Part shown: in pieces, positions 47,557 to 60,852 of the stretch | Numbering within the stretch: position 1 is the first letter of the stretch | How the letters are laid out: each line of letters opens with the position of its first letter | NCBI GenBank assembly: GCA_036172245.1 | Contig: JAYWIR010000001.1 | Span: 1,178,001-1,242,000 of the forward strand | Reading direction: 5' to 3' | From: Raillietiella orientalis | Lineage: Eukaryota | Length of the DNA stretch: 64,000 bases | Made by a program: the position numbers and the translations under genes | The notes under the pieces: generated by a model | What the model saw: the letters and a program-made list of their open reading frames with translations, nothing else | What the model was told of the DNA's origin: nothing | Database searches by the model: none

Positions 47557-50500
47557 CCATTTGGGGCGTTGCTATGAGATGTTCCACAGCGAGAGAGCGC
47601 GTAGAGACGGGTTTGCTGAGGTGGTCTCCAAAAAGATCAAAACCCCTAGTCTCACCAGATGAGGGTGAGTCACCAAACGAGTGGCGGTCTCCGCAGAGCT
47701 CCCACGGCTTGATTCTTCCTGAACAGCCTCCAGTGCAGGGGAAAAGCGAATGGGATCAGCGAACGGGATCCCATTCACCGAGTGAAAAGGACGCGCGCGT
47801 ATAACTCGTCACGTAGGTTCGCAGGACCCCTGTACTCGTCGCCTGGAGACGAGAGAACAGGGTGAAGGATTTTCTAGTTGGGAAGAGAGCGAAAGGAAGA
47901 AAAGGAAAAAGGGAGGGGAAGATTCACCTCGCACGACTGCACGTTCGTTCCATGAAAGCTGTGGAAAATTCTTCGTCGCCATCACAAAAGGGATAAGACT
48001 GTAATTTATACTGTACCGGTATCCTCCCCAGAGGCCATACTGATGGGGTGGGCATGTCGCGCCGTTTGAGGGACCATCCCGACGTGCTCTACAAGCGATC
48101 CTCGGTTCTCATGAGGCTGCCGTCGCAAGACCCCAAAAGCTTTTTGCCTTCTGGGTGCGCGTGACGTTCCTCCCGCGCAAGGCGCTCCGCACCGGATGGG
48201 GAGCTGTGCAGACATTGATCCGAGGCTCGCGCAGGCAGGCGAATTCCATCCAAGGCTTTTGGTGAACGTGGGATCCGAATGGGCGAGCGTGCCGCTCAAG
48301 AGTAGGGCTCACAATGAGCGGGCCGAATCCACGCTGGAAGCTGCGTCTCCGCACCATGAGCATCCCGTCTTGTGAGGCCTTCGAATGCTCATCACAGATG
48401 CGGTGAAGTGCCGGAAATGGTAAAGCGAAGGCCATGCAAGCATATCAAGGGTAGGCTTCGGAGTCGACATGGCAACCGCTGCCTCAGGTGCTAGGTTTCG
48501 GTTGAGGCATCCTTGCAGATTACGTGGACGAATCTGTGGTCGGCAGAGGCGGCGAAGAGCAGAGCTCCGCGGATTGCGGTACTCGATTTTCGTGGTCATC
48601 TGAACCGTGGAGCCAGCGTAGGAACTGAAGAGTTCCCTTTCGCTTGGAAGAATCTGCAACCTGTGGCTGCAGAGACCAAAGCTTTCCGGAGCTGAATGCA
48701 GAGGACGCTACGGGGAAGGTGAATTGCTTTCGGAGGAGCAGTCGGTAAACCCGACTCCTTCCAAACTCGAGAGCAAACCATGGCAACCAAAAAGAGAAAG
48801 TGGACAGTTGTCCATCCGCCGAACAGATCTCCCGGGATGAATCACCTGGACCAACCATTCGAAGCAGGAATGAGGCCCGTGAGGCGTTTCTTCCATTGCC
48901 TTTCGATCTTCATTTGGTGGCAGGGTGAGATCTTCAAGATTTTTCTTCTGCAGAGCAACGGTCAGTTTCCTTCTGCTCGAATTCCGATCCCGCAGCTCAT
49001 CCGCCTCACTACCCGAGGCTCGTGATTTCATCTGTACCTGCTGCGCGCTGGTCAGAATCAGAATCATCACAATGGAACGGTGCTGACCGCTCTTACTGCA
49101 TCGGTCTGTGGTAAGCCATTCTCTTCTTGTTTGGATGCAGGGTCCTCGGATGCTTTCGTCGACTTGAGGCGTCCAGATGTCGCTCGCCAATGTTCTTCAA
49201 TACTGCAGCGGAAATCCATCAGCCAGTGTGTAATTAGCCAGGGGCAATCATCTGAAGAGCAGTCCCGCTTTGAAACAGTGGTGTACATACAGCATTTTCA
49301 CGATCCATCCTTTTCCAAGTGGCCTCTAGAATATGCGGGTGCTGGAAACCTCCTTTCGCTCTGGAGGTGATGCTCTTCGACTCTCGAGTGAAGGCTGGGC
49401 TTGGAATACTGTGCCGTCTTCCTTTTCTCGGTTTGATCTAAATGGTTCCGGGGAGGGGAGGACAGAGAAAAAACTCAACAGGAAAAAAAAGCTAGAGGAA
49501 CATGGGAGGTGTTTTATTACAGAAATGTTGCTTTTCCTCGTTCAAAAACACTAGGACGAAGAAGAAAGGAGGCGCAGGAAGACACATTATCATCACACAG
49601 AGACCATTTCCAGAGCGCTTGTGTCAACCTTCATCCCCGCTACAGACATCGAAACCAAACCTATCCACGTAAGGCAGCGTGAACGCGGCAGACATTGGCG
49701 ATGTCCGCCGCGTCCACGGTCGGCAGGATCCCTCCATGTAGAGGGATTCTGCCGGCCGACTCGCAGCCATTGCTACTCTAAATGCTTGTGCGGAGGATGT
49801 GGTACATGGGAAGATATGTCACACCCTTAGGTGTTGAGCAGCAAGTGGAGGAAAGTTACAGGAAGGCACAAAAGAGCTGGAAGCCAGATCGACAAAGGGC
49901 ATTATGAAACACTGAATTCGTGGCTCCAACCAGTTCAGTCCAGAAACAGACCCGAAGCTAAAGACGAACAACATTACGGAACAACTGCGCTTTTCGGGGT
50001 CTTTCACTCCTCCTAGAGGGAAGAAAGGTGGACGTTGCGTTAGAAGAAGCATGACAGAAGAAAGGCAAATGTCGAGGACTCTGCACTTCTCCAAAGGAGT
50101 GCCTTGTGATTGTTGTAGGATCCTTGAAGATCCTGAAAGGATCCGCAAGAGTGTTGAGGGATCGAATAATCTAAGGAAGGAGGCAGAAAGAAACGGCGCA
50201 CTTGCGGGATGTGTATTAGAAAGGCCGGACGAGTCACTGTCGGTGACGGAAGAACCTTCAAAGTCACAGAATGGTTGCAGAAAAGAGAGAAGTGAAGAAA
50301 GTGTCGTTTTCCCTATGCTTTTATTCCCCTTTAAACTTGAATTTAATGGGGAAGAAATGCAGTGGACTTGAAGAAACGACATTACAACAAGCAACGGAAG
50401 GAAGGAACTCCGGCATCCACGGCGTCTCGAGATTTTGAGGGTTTTCTGAATCGAAGGTCCTAACCGAAGGGGATTCTTCCTCCACGTTTCCTTCTCCCTC

Positions 50501-51456
50501 CTCTTTCTCCTTTTCTTCCTCCTCGTTCTCGTAACCGAATGGGATTCCGAACGCTGCGTGGTGGTCACGAAAATTCTATCCGAAGTGCTTTGCTATTGCA
50601 ACAGTTCACTTCTTGCGTCTTCAAGGTGCCCTGCCTCCTCCGGTCTGTTTTTGGAAAAGGCACCTCTTCCAGTAACCGCTCCCTGCTTGCTCCTTCCCGA
50701 CAGGAAGATGCCCCGATAGAAGGCTGCTGTCCACATCCACAGAAAATGTTGTCAAGAGGCGTGCTTAACCTCTTCTGAGCTGGTCTCCTCTCCCAGTCCC
50801 ATTGGGCAACGAGGCGTCGGGGAAGAGTAATGAGGCTTCCAGAGGGAACGTGACTCGCGCCCCCTCGGTATCCTGGATTATGTGCGACACTTTTGTAACC
50901 GCTCCGGAATGATCAGGCTGCTTTTCTGTTGCCTTTGAGAGTCAGCGTAGGGAAGCGTCGTCGATCCCACAAACCCGGATGGAACGGGGGTGTCTGCAAG
51001 AAAATTCCCGATTTTTTCTGCACGCCAGGTTGCGCCGAGAACGGAGTTTGTTTCCGAATTTCCTGGAGCAGGCGTCGTTTCGGAAAAGGCGAAGTCCTCT
51101 TTGCGGTCAGGGCCCGTGAATCTAAGACTGCGTCTTCATTCAGGGAGGGTGAGAGAGAGAGAAATGGACCAGTCACGGCAAGCGCTCGCTTACCTTTCTT
51201 TGTTCTTCCAGCTCCTTGGAAGGCAAGAGATGACCCCTCGCAGTTTCCCTCACCAGGAACCAGAAGCCTGCGAATGCCGATGGCTTCCAGAGTTAAAAGA
51301 GAGGGCATTCGTTTTCCTTCCTGGTGGGGTTTCTTTCCCTACGTCACCCTTCTTAAGAAAGGAAGAGGCGCACCCAGTTCTCTATTCTTCCAGCGACTCT
51401 TTTATGGAACCAACCCTTGAGATCGAGTCCCGGATTTGGGTCCATCGGAAGGAAAT

Positions 51457-51900
51457 TCCCGCGTTGGCGGCCTTGTGTCTGCGATCTGCGCGTGGCACCA
51501 AACGTTGCGGGTTCGAATCCCGCCGAGGGAAGGATTGACGCTGACAAATCGGTGAGTGCGTCGTGGGTTTTCAGCTCCCCTATCCCCGCAGGATGACACT
51601 GATTGGCTTATAGACTTCGGGTGCGGCACTGGTGGAAACTGGATGACCCCCTTGACTGGAGGTGATCGGAGTCCGGAGTCCTTCCAGGAATCAAGGGGTC
51701 GTCTCCCATCCGGAAGAAAGACCCCCCATCGCGTTCCATGGGTTGGTTGATACCCCTCTTCAGAGATTGCCTCTCCAGAGTGTTGTGAAGCGCTCTGCTC
51801 CCTTCGAGATTCTCTTCAGAGGAGTAACAAGGATCGGTTTCCTTAGGGATCCCCCTATAGTTGTGAGAATGAAGCCGTCCCCCTATGTGGCATCGGGAGG
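51457..51900 (+). mobile_element. tRNA-headed SINE-like element, copy b (3' truncated or diverged)
   Basis: TCCCGCGTTGGCGGCC...GCGGGTTCGAATCCCGCCGAGGGAAGG (B box 51510-51520); body shares GTGCGGCACTGGTG, GAGTCCTTC, TTCTCTTCAGAGGAG with other copies. Confidence 0.78.
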
Positions 51901-52186
51901 AGTGAGTGTGGTCTCCTACCATATCCGCCTCCGGCTTCAAAAGCGCGGACACCTCTGAAGCTAAAAAGCGGAGGCAGAGATAAGGCGACGGGGGCAAGGG
52001 TTGCACACGAGGCAGAGAGATTTCGATCAGGCCCGTGGCCATTTTTCGCAGTAGCTTCGAACAACCTCACGGCGATGCTCTGTGAAAGGTTTCTTCCTCA
52101 GCGGCGGCCCACTCGCGAGTCAATCAAGGTCGCATCCTAGTGAGTGGGTGCCAGGCAGCGTTCGGAAATCCTCAACTTCCTATTTG

Positions 52187-52538
52187 TGGCAGAACCAGAT
52201 GGAAAAAAAAAAAAAAAAAATCGGCGATCGCTTAGTGCTTGCGCGTTCCGCAGAAGGGCAACCCAGGACTCCTCCTCTCTTCCTCCTCTCCTTTCTTGCC
52301 CTTCCCTCCTCCCTCTTCCTCCTCCTCCCCCTCTTCCTCCTCTCCTCCTCCTTCCCTTGTCTTCTTCCTCCTCTTCTCTTCCTCTCCTTTCCTTCTCTCC
52401 CCCTCTTCCTTTCCTCCTCCTCTTCTCTTCCTTCTCCTCTTCTCCCCATCCTCCTCCCTTATGGCAGAACCAAACACAAAAAAAGAATCAGAGATCGCTT
52501 AGTGCTTGCGCGTTTAGCGGAGAGGCAACCCAGGACTT
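52187..52538 (+). repeat. About 80-bp direct repeats flanking a CT tract
   Basis: TGGCAGAACCA...GATCGCTTAGTGCTTGCGCGTT...GGCAACCCAGGACT at about 52187-52270 and 52462-52538, with about 190 bp of C/T between. Confidence 0.85.
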
Positions 52539-52861
52539 GAGGTTCTCTTGCGTGGCAGCCGCTGCTTCCCATTGGTGCAATCGGAGAACCGAGTCCGCAT
52601 TTTCTCCCGGCGACGGCATCCATCCCCGTTCGCACGCTTTCCCTTGCCGCGCAAGCTGCAACTCGGGAGCGCGCGCGCCCTAGCAGTCATCCCGTAAACG
52701 CAGACACCCAATCCCAGCACTGCGTGCTCGCCATTCCGTTTTCCAACGGAAACCCGAGGGACCGCAACCCGAAAGCTGCAGCAGCCGACGCCTCTTTGTT
52801 TCGCAAGAGAGCCGAAAAGCGCAGAGCGTCCCGTGTCTGGTGAATGAAAACCCGAAGAGCA

Positions 52862-52933
52862 GATGACGAGGCCCTCCAGAGATTTTTTTTCTGCCGTTAG
52901 ACAGAAAAAAAATCTCTGGAGGGTCTCATTATC
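52862..52933. other. Near-perfect hairpin
   Basis: CCCTCCAGAGATTTTTTTTCTG / loop CCGTTAGA / CAGAAAAAAAATCTCTGGAGGG: a 22-bp perfect stem extendable with G-U pairs. Confidence 0.9.
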
Positions 52934-55900
52934 ATCTCAGTGGCTCGAGCGGCTACTTTGTCTGGAGTCGCCTCTTGAACAATCGCGAGTCGGTGTCTTC
53001 CTTCTTTGTCCATCCATTGCGAGGATTTTGAACCACGCCAACATCCGAGGCCTCTGCGACTTGAGGCGGTTCCCTCATTAAGAGCGCGCCTCGTTTGCCA
53101 ACGGCGCGATTTGTCCTCAGTGACTCTCATGTTCGTCTCAGGTACTTCTATCCACCCTACTCGTAGACTGATGATCCATGAAGGTCCAGAGGGACGGATC
53201 GATTCGCCGCAACTGCCAAGCGGCGCTGAGCTCTTCAAAGAATGTTCGGGATTCGGCAGCGCCGTATCCGGTATGCTCTGTCCCACATGAAACCACATGC
53301 CCCATTTTGATAGTGGTCCACAAACCTTTATCCACACCGGAGCACGCAACAGCAGGCTTTCTCTTTAATGTTCTGCTGACACCTCGACGCTCAAAAAAAG
53401 TTGGAGAGGCGGGGGGGGAGGACCTCAGTGGGGTTCTCGAAGGGTTGCTGACTCTCAGTGGATGAGCTGCGTGCTGTTCTTCCAGTTTTCCCACAGCGCA
53501 CATTTCCGCGTTCTCTTTCGCAATGAAGATAAGAAAAAAACGAAGGAAAAATCCCTGAGCAGATTCCAGAAATAAAAATGATTCCAAAAAAAATAGCACG
53601 CCGGTCGGATGCATGGCAACGCAGCATCAAAGACACCACGAACGAGTCACGGCAGTGCCCAAAGCCATTCTCTTTAATGAACATTATTTAAGGGAACATC
53701 CATCTCTCTGCAGCCACCTGTAACGACACTTTCAAAAAGATTGGGATTTCTGCTTCTTTCTTCCTTTGTTTCGATAATGTGACGCGTACCTTTGGAGCCT
53801 GGAAGAACTGCGGGCCAATTAGTTAGGATTATTGACGTTCCCTCTATGGCTTGATATGGGGAAATAACGAAACAGGAACTTCATAGACTTTCCAAGCGCA
53901 AACAAGGGACACCGACGGATGTCAACCGGTTGAATGGGGGAGACGGGATCTAGGAAATGCAGCGGAGGCGTTTGATCCGATCGCTAGACTGAAATACCTA
54001 TCTCTTTACCGTCACGTGGAACACGTGACGATGAAGAAAAATTTCACTATATGTACATGCTCCGGCTGTACATATAATAAAATTGGAACATCGTCTTTAT
54101 TAGAGTGTACAGATTATTCCTGAGTACAGTTGTCCGATGGAAACTCTGCATCTTCTATTTGCTCATATCTTTTCGAATATCCCGTCCTGTGGAATGTACT
54201 TTTGTGGCTAGGTGTGTCCCTCTCCGAAAGGGAACGATAAAACAACGTTCCTTAAAAGGGCAGTGGAGACCCTGGACACATTGCTTCACTAGGTTCCGCT
54301 GAACCACTCACTAATGCCAGCAGCTCCTCCACCGGCGTCGTAGAAGAACGCTGACGACTGACTCCAGACGTATCGCCAGCAGTCACTAACATCAACAGAA
54401 CCTTCATCGAGATAATATTCGAGAACTCCTTATCTGTGGTCTCATCTTCAAATTACGATCATCACACCAAAGAGCACAAAAGAACTCTTGCATCCCGCTG
54501 CCCTGGGCGGAAACTCACTGCTCTCACACGCACCAAGGAAACCCTGTTCGTCCAGAAATCTCGCAGGCCTCTCAGCTCAAGTAGTTGGATGTCTTTTCGC
54601 TCTCGTGGCACAGCTATCGTGTACACCCGATATAGAAAACAGTTGTGCTGGAGAGCAGGAGTGGAAAAATAGATGACCATTCTAATAAAATAGTCAGGCA
54701 TCCTAAGGAGAGGTGACCATTCTGATGTCTTCCGTCCGGCAAAGATCTACTTATTCGAGAGGCCATTGTCAGACCGTTGTACCTCCAAGAACTAGAGGCA
54801 GTTTCCTTTTCTTTTTCTCTTTGTCAGTCCGGACTTTTGTGCGAAATTCGAACGTCTATCGTACGCGTGGAATTTCCCGTGCGTTTTCTTCCGAAGCTCG
54901 GATTCCCTTTCTCGCGCGAAGGCGGAAGATGCGCGCTTCTTCGAGGCGCGCGGGCGGCCAGAAAACCCGAGAGCCGCAGCAGCTAAGGGTGGTGGATGGG
55001 GACAGCAAACCGAGCCGTTGTAAATCAGCCTGCAAGCAGCCCAGTAGACCGGCGCTGCTTGGGCGAAGACACGCGGTGCTCTCAGATGGACGGACGTGCG
55101 GATGTCAGGGAAGGCGTGCAAGAAAAGGACGCATCGGGAGAGTGCGCGGAACCTCTTTAGGCGTCGGTGCGCGCGCGCGCTCCCACGTAGTCTCCAGAAG
55201 GCGCGGTGAGACGAAACGTGGAGAAAATGGCGGTGCTGAGCGGGGTGCTGGTTATTCTCACCTGAGGAGTGGGTAGGCTGCCGAGGAGGAGGAGGGGAGG
55301 GTCTCCCGTTCGCGGGAGAGGGGAATACGGGAACCGTAGCATTCCGCCAGGGATGAACAGCGGCGACACCGCCATCCGGAACTCGGACTTCGGTCCTCGG
55401 TAACGCGAGATCGGAGAACGGAAGGAAGAGAAGGGGAAGGGAAGGGGGAAGGGGTAGGGAAGGTAGTACCCTCTTCGGGTTTTTGCTTTTTCCTTTCGGG
55501 GACCCCGAGAAGGAGGAGGAGGAGGAGGAAGGAAGAAGGCGCGCGCAAACAAGCCATTCGGCCCCCCCGGCGGTGAAAAGGCACGCCTCCCGCTCGCCTC
55601 GGCGGTGTGTTTATGGCCGCCGCCGCAGGTACGCGGTGTGTTTTTTTCCAGTACACTTCACCGGCGGCGCACGGCCTCCGCGCCGAAGACGTCAGTCCCG
55701 CGTTCGCCGAGACCCGCGAGAGTCCCTTCCGCGTCTCACAATGGCGGACAAAAGGCCGGAGTCCATGATTTCCAGTGAATTGGAAGTTGGTTATCCTCTC
55801 ACACTTGAGTGCGGAACAAGAAAGGATGGAGCAGCCTCCTTTCATGGCCCTCGCCATCCCGCCGGCATCCGTTCCGTCTCTCGGTGATGAAATACTGCCG

Positions 55901-56380
55901 GCGGAGCGCTTCCTATCGGAAATCCCCGTTCCCTTTTTTTTTTTTTCTTCCCTCTCTCTCTGTCTCCCTCCCGAGAGTGGCGTCGATTGTGTCCGTTCGA
56001 GATCCTCCCGCGATCGGCTATTCATCGGACCGCGCACGCTCTGACCATCTCGTCCGCCTTCCAGCAGGCAGCAGGTCATTTGTTCCCATTCAAGGGAGGG
56101 AATCAGGCGAAAGCTCCTTTCAGTTCCTTCTTCTTCTTCTTCTTCTTCTTCTTTTTTGCTTGTGGGAGGAGGTGCCTGGATGGACCCGTAGGAGTATGAA
56201 ATACGAGCGAGTCGCGGCCGATTCTCAAGTGCGGTCCTTTCGAAGAACAAGTGCGCCGGGAGGTGGCTGCAGGCACCCTTCGCCTGAGGGCTCGCGCTTG
56301 CGTGCGCGCGCGCGCGCGAGAAAGGCAGTCACTGTCGAGGGAAACGGGATGATGGCCGGAGAGGAAACGGAAGGAGCCCC

Positions 56381-57130
56381 TTCCGACGACGCAACGCTGC
56401 AACCCAGCAGCCAGACCAAGAACTGTGGGTTCGAATCCCACCCGAGGAAAAAATCGACTACGAGAAATGAGAGGTACTTCGTGAGCTTCTAGCCACCCTC
56501 TCCTTCCCTCCGCCGCAGGACAACGCCGGTTGACTTCGAGTGCGGCACTGGTGAAAGCTGGATGCCCCGTTGGACTGGTCAAGATTGGAGGTTGACCCTC
56601 CGAGGTCATACCGGTGATCAAGGAGTCCTTCAGGATTTCCCCTATAGTTGTGGGGACCGGTGCCGTTATCATGGAGCTGGTTGATTGATGCCTCTCCAGA
56701 GTGTCAGGAAGCGCCTGCTCCCTCGAGGGTTCTCTTCAGAGGAGGAGTAACGATGAGAGGTTCCTTCCAGAGGAGAAATTCCAGGAGCCGATCCTTTCCG
56801 GGTTCCCTTTGGGGAAGAAACGAGGAGTGGATCCCTCCAAGGGGCTACATCCGTCCCTCCGGAGAGAATGAAGAGGTTCCTTTCGGAGACGACCAGGGAG
56901 GAGGATCTCCTTCGAAGTTTTCCCTCCCGAGCGTGAGAGGGGCGGATTCCTTTCTCCGGAGCCTTCCTGGGTTCCATAAGGTGGTCCCCTTCCTACAACT
57001 TGAGGAGTCACGCTCACCTTCCGATGGTGTGGACCCGTGTCAAGGAGCTTCGTGATCGCTCCTCCCTCCCTCCTCCTGATGAGGCGAGAGCGTTCTTCAG
57101 CACCTGGCGAACCAGAAAAGAGGAGAGAGA
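56381..57130 (+). mobile_element. tRNA-headed SINE-like element, copy c
   Basis: GGTTCGAATCC B box at 56428-56438; body collinear with 60853-61680 (GTTCTCTTCAGAGGAGG, AATTCCAGGAGC, CCGGGTTCC, GCCTTCCTGG..TCCATA..GTGGTCCC, AACTTGA). Confidence 0.78.
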
Positions 57131-59330
57131 AGGAATCCGCGACGAGTGCTCACGCGTCCGTCGAGCCGCGAGCCCCTGGACGCAGACGCCGCGCCTAAAT
57201 CCGGAGTGGCAGAGGGGCGCACGAACTCCAAAAAGCTGCGACGGAGGAGCACACAATCTTCGTCTTCCGCCCCATAAACTTTTATGTAAAATGCAATTTA
57301 TTCTTCGACGGTCGCAGAGAAAAGGAATATTAATAAAAAAAAAAAAATTGATGAGGAGGGAGAAGGGAAAAACGGAGGCTGGGAGAATCGAACGGAAAAC
57401 GATCCTGATGGAGATGGAGAGAATTGGGAGTGGCCAGTGTTAAATCATCTGGAAAGCGTTCCAGAGTGGATGGGCACACACACAAAAAAGGAGAACGTAC
57501 GGCCCCTCCAGCGAGAGATCGCAATCTCGTCTTCACATGATTGAGATCGATTTTGATTACGGTAGGAGCTGCTGCGGGACGCCGGAGTCCCCGGTCCGGG
57601 GCGGTTTCCACGTCTCGACCCCGGGTGAAATACGAAGTTTCGCTAATGGGGCCTTCTCGTCCGCCCGTCAACAGAGACGCGACCATCGGACATCCATCGT
57701 AACGAAGCTTTCGAGGACTGCGAACGTATGGCAGTCGGGGATGGCTCGGAGGGGACCCGTTTCCATGGCGACCGCTGTTTCCGCAGGGAGGAATCGGGGA
57801 GACGGCGACCGACGATCATATAAGATCTGATCCCCCTCCGAGGAAGAAAGGGGATTCAGCAAGGAGGAACCCCCCCCTTTCCCCCACCTCCCCTTTGTTA
57901 GCACACCCTGCGGTGTCCTCCATGTCCAAAAGATGGCAGCTATCATGAGGATGCATGAAATCCGATTCAGGAAAAAGAGGGGAGACATCCCTCGTGCCAG
58001 GAAGGGGTAAAGTCCCACAGAGGCGTCGATTCAAGTGGAGTGGAGCACTTCTCACGTATCGCTCCGCCGCCGTGGCGCCAGATGCAGCGCGGAGCCGCCA
58101 GACCGATCTCGTCAGCAAGGGTCGCTTGCATCGTGGGGCAGGGAAAATGAACTGTGACCCCATATAGGAGATGACGACAGTCAAGCGTCCCTCTCCAGGG
58201 CGCGGGAGCGTCTGCAAGAAGAGCGGCAGGTGTCGGCTTCCGTAATGGCTCGGGCTCTGGGCATCTGCCTCGCGGGCAACTCCGAAGCTGGACAGCCATG
58301 CAGGTCTGGGGCCGGAAGAAGTATCCGCGTCGGGGCAGCAGCCACCTGGTGACCCTTGCCCGTGCGAGCGCTGCTGCGACCTCCTCCCCGGGCCCTCGTG
58401 CCGCGAGGACGTCCGAACCTCCAGTTCGCGGCGAACGTATTGGCATCGCATTCTTCCAGCAGGAAACCTGGCCAAAGACCAGGCATGGAGGTCGTCCCGA
58501 AGGGTTTCTCCCGCGTCCTTTGGATTGTTTTTTTCTTCCTCTTTCCTGGAGTGCAGAATTTTCTTTCCCAGCTCTCAGTGGAGCAAAGCTAGGTAGATTA
58601 TTTTTAGATGATGAAAACAAAATGCAAGAATTAGAGAGAACAATAAGGTTCAGTTGGGCACATTATTAATAGGAACGGATTGGCGACCTTACCATGTATT
58701 TATTACAGGTTGGCGTTCTCACTAGATACACATATATATAGTAAGACCTGCATCCCTTACTATATATACATTAGAGATATACTGCTCTCTATATTAGAGC
58801 TTGGTGGCCTCACTATATGTTTATTAGGGGCTGGTGGTCCTGCTGGATAGATAGACAGATAGTAATGTACATATATGTGATAGGATGCTTATGAATAATG
58901 TGCACGGATTTCTGCGGATGCAGCGGGTGTGGGAGTGGGAGTTTGTGAGGATGCACCTTCACGGGAAATACACGCCACGCAGTGACTTTCTCGTGGCTCA
59001 ACTCGAAGATTCGTTCTTTCGTAATCCTTGGAGTGAAACCAAAAAGTAACTCCACTGTGTGCACGCCTCCTCCCCATTCCATTTTTTCTTCTTCTTTCCT
59101 TTTCCTTTTTCTTGCACCTTTTGTTCACGCTGGCTCGACCTTTCTATTTTGGCGATTGTAGTTTATCGGCCACCGTTTATCACCGGCGGCGCTCGTCCCT
59201 TTTATCCTGCTCCGTGTTTTTGTTGCGTCGCTTTTTTGTGCACTCTTTAGAATCCTAGGCCGGAGGGAGTTTTTCCTCCTCGGAGGAAGAAGAAAAAGAA
59301 AAAGAAAAAAAAAAAATTTCTGCCCCAAAT

Positions 59331-60259
59331 TTTCAATAGGGTGCGTTTGGGCAGGAGAGCTGCTTCCGCGTAAATCAGTCTTTCACAAATCTGCCTGCCT
59401 CCGCGTCATTTATCCTTCCACAGAATCTCTCGACTGAGGTTTCAAGTTGGGATGCAGCCGGGATGCTCCAAGTGCAGACAACAGGCAAATCGATGAATGC
59501 ACTTCATGAAGCGAAGATAAATTGGAAGTTTCTTCTTCTTCTTTTTCCTCCTCCTCTTCTTTTTTCGCTCTCAATAAACATTCAAAGCGATGGCAACAGG
59601 AAATCTGCAGATTCCTTTCATCTCGAGGTTTCTTTATGCCCGGGTGGCAGCAGGAATTTATGAAAACGGGAGAGGAACACTTCAGACATCATAAAAGGAG
59701 GATGTGCTTGGATCCGGCGTACGCAAGAGAGTCTGCCGACCGGTGACCGCAGGCGCCGCTCGTGCGCTTGGAACCGCCGCCGCTGGCGCGGCTCCGGAGG
59801 GAAAGCACGGGGACCCTGGACTGGAGCACGTGGTGCCAGGCCGGGAGACGCAGCCTCCTGCGATCTGCGTCTGCAAGCTCCCGGGTCGGCACGGCAGCTT
59901 CCTCTACAGGGACTAGGGCGTCCTCGGCAGAGAGGCTGCGGAGCTGCCCTGCTTCACCCATGGTGGAGGAACACTCGCGTCGCCAGGGTCCGGCGACATC
60001 GTGCCGGATGGGTGGCGGTGTCGTAGACCACCATCAGGATAACCGGCTCGGCATCCTGCGGATCGGGAGCGTCCTCGAGGGAAGTCGTCAGCTGCTGCTG
60101 CTACTGTTGCTGCTGAGACGATGGCGACCGGTCCACGCCGTGGTCTCCTCCCGGCGTTTCAATAGGGCGCGTTTGCGCGTAAATCAGTCTTTCACAAATC
60201 TACCTGCCTCCGCGTCATTTATCCTTCCACAGAATCTCTCGACTGAGGTTTAAAGTTGG
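59331..60259 (+). repeat. About 100-bp near-identical direct repeat (59331-59451 and 60157-60259)
   Basis: CGCGTAAATCAGTCTTTCACAAATCT(G/A)CCTGCCTCCGCGTCATTTATCCTTCCACAGAATCTCTCGACTGAGGTTT(C/A)AAGTTGGG occurs twice. Confidence 0.9.
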
Positions 60260-60852
60260 GGAGGAACGGCAGGAGGAGGAGCGGTTGCCGAGTAGAAGGT
60301 GCACGAGATCTCTGAGTTTCCTGGAGAAGAGGAGCTGCGGGCCCTCGGTGAGGCTCCTTGCGGCGCCGCCGATGCCCCTTCACCAGGGGGCCGAAGCGCC
60401 CCCGAACAGGCCCCCGTCCGTATTCGAGACCTTCCAGGCGCCCCCTAGGTCCACTCGCGAGACGGCTCCCTACTTGGACCCACGAGGATGACCGCAAGCG
60501 GGGCACGAAGGACGCCCGCCAGCGCGAGCAGGGGGCATCCAGACCGGCTGAGGAGCGCTCCAGGGACCACTGCACTTCCCAAGGGTCCGTGGACAAGAGA
60601 GCCGCCGTCGCCGACACCTCTTCACGGTCGCCATCTCTTGAAACGAAGAGCTCGGAAACCGGGAGGTGGTCTCCTCCCAAGTGCTGCCGGAGAGGCACTG
60701 ACTCCTCGGTCCGGTTGCCGAGGGCAACCGGAGCACCGAAGGACTGCTTACTGCTGCTGGTGGTGGCGGTGCCGTCCGAACATGTGGTGGGGGCGCTGCA
60801 TCTCACGCAGGCACAGGGAATGCCTGACTGATGGAACGCGGGTACCTTCAGG

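Noticed and set aside
51457-51535. Functional tRNA gene (also heads at 34.9, 56.4 and 60.9 kb)
   Set aside because: T-arm and B box are good, but D-arm and anticodon arm are irregular and differ among copies, and each head is fused to a shared repeat body.
57076-57120. Hammerhead ribozyme-like core (CTGATGA...GAA) at the SINE 3' end
   Set aside because: Stem II pairs poorly, the core reads GAAC instead of GAAA, stems I and III are not evident, and copy d lacks CTGATGA. An Infernal search of the family consensus would settle it.
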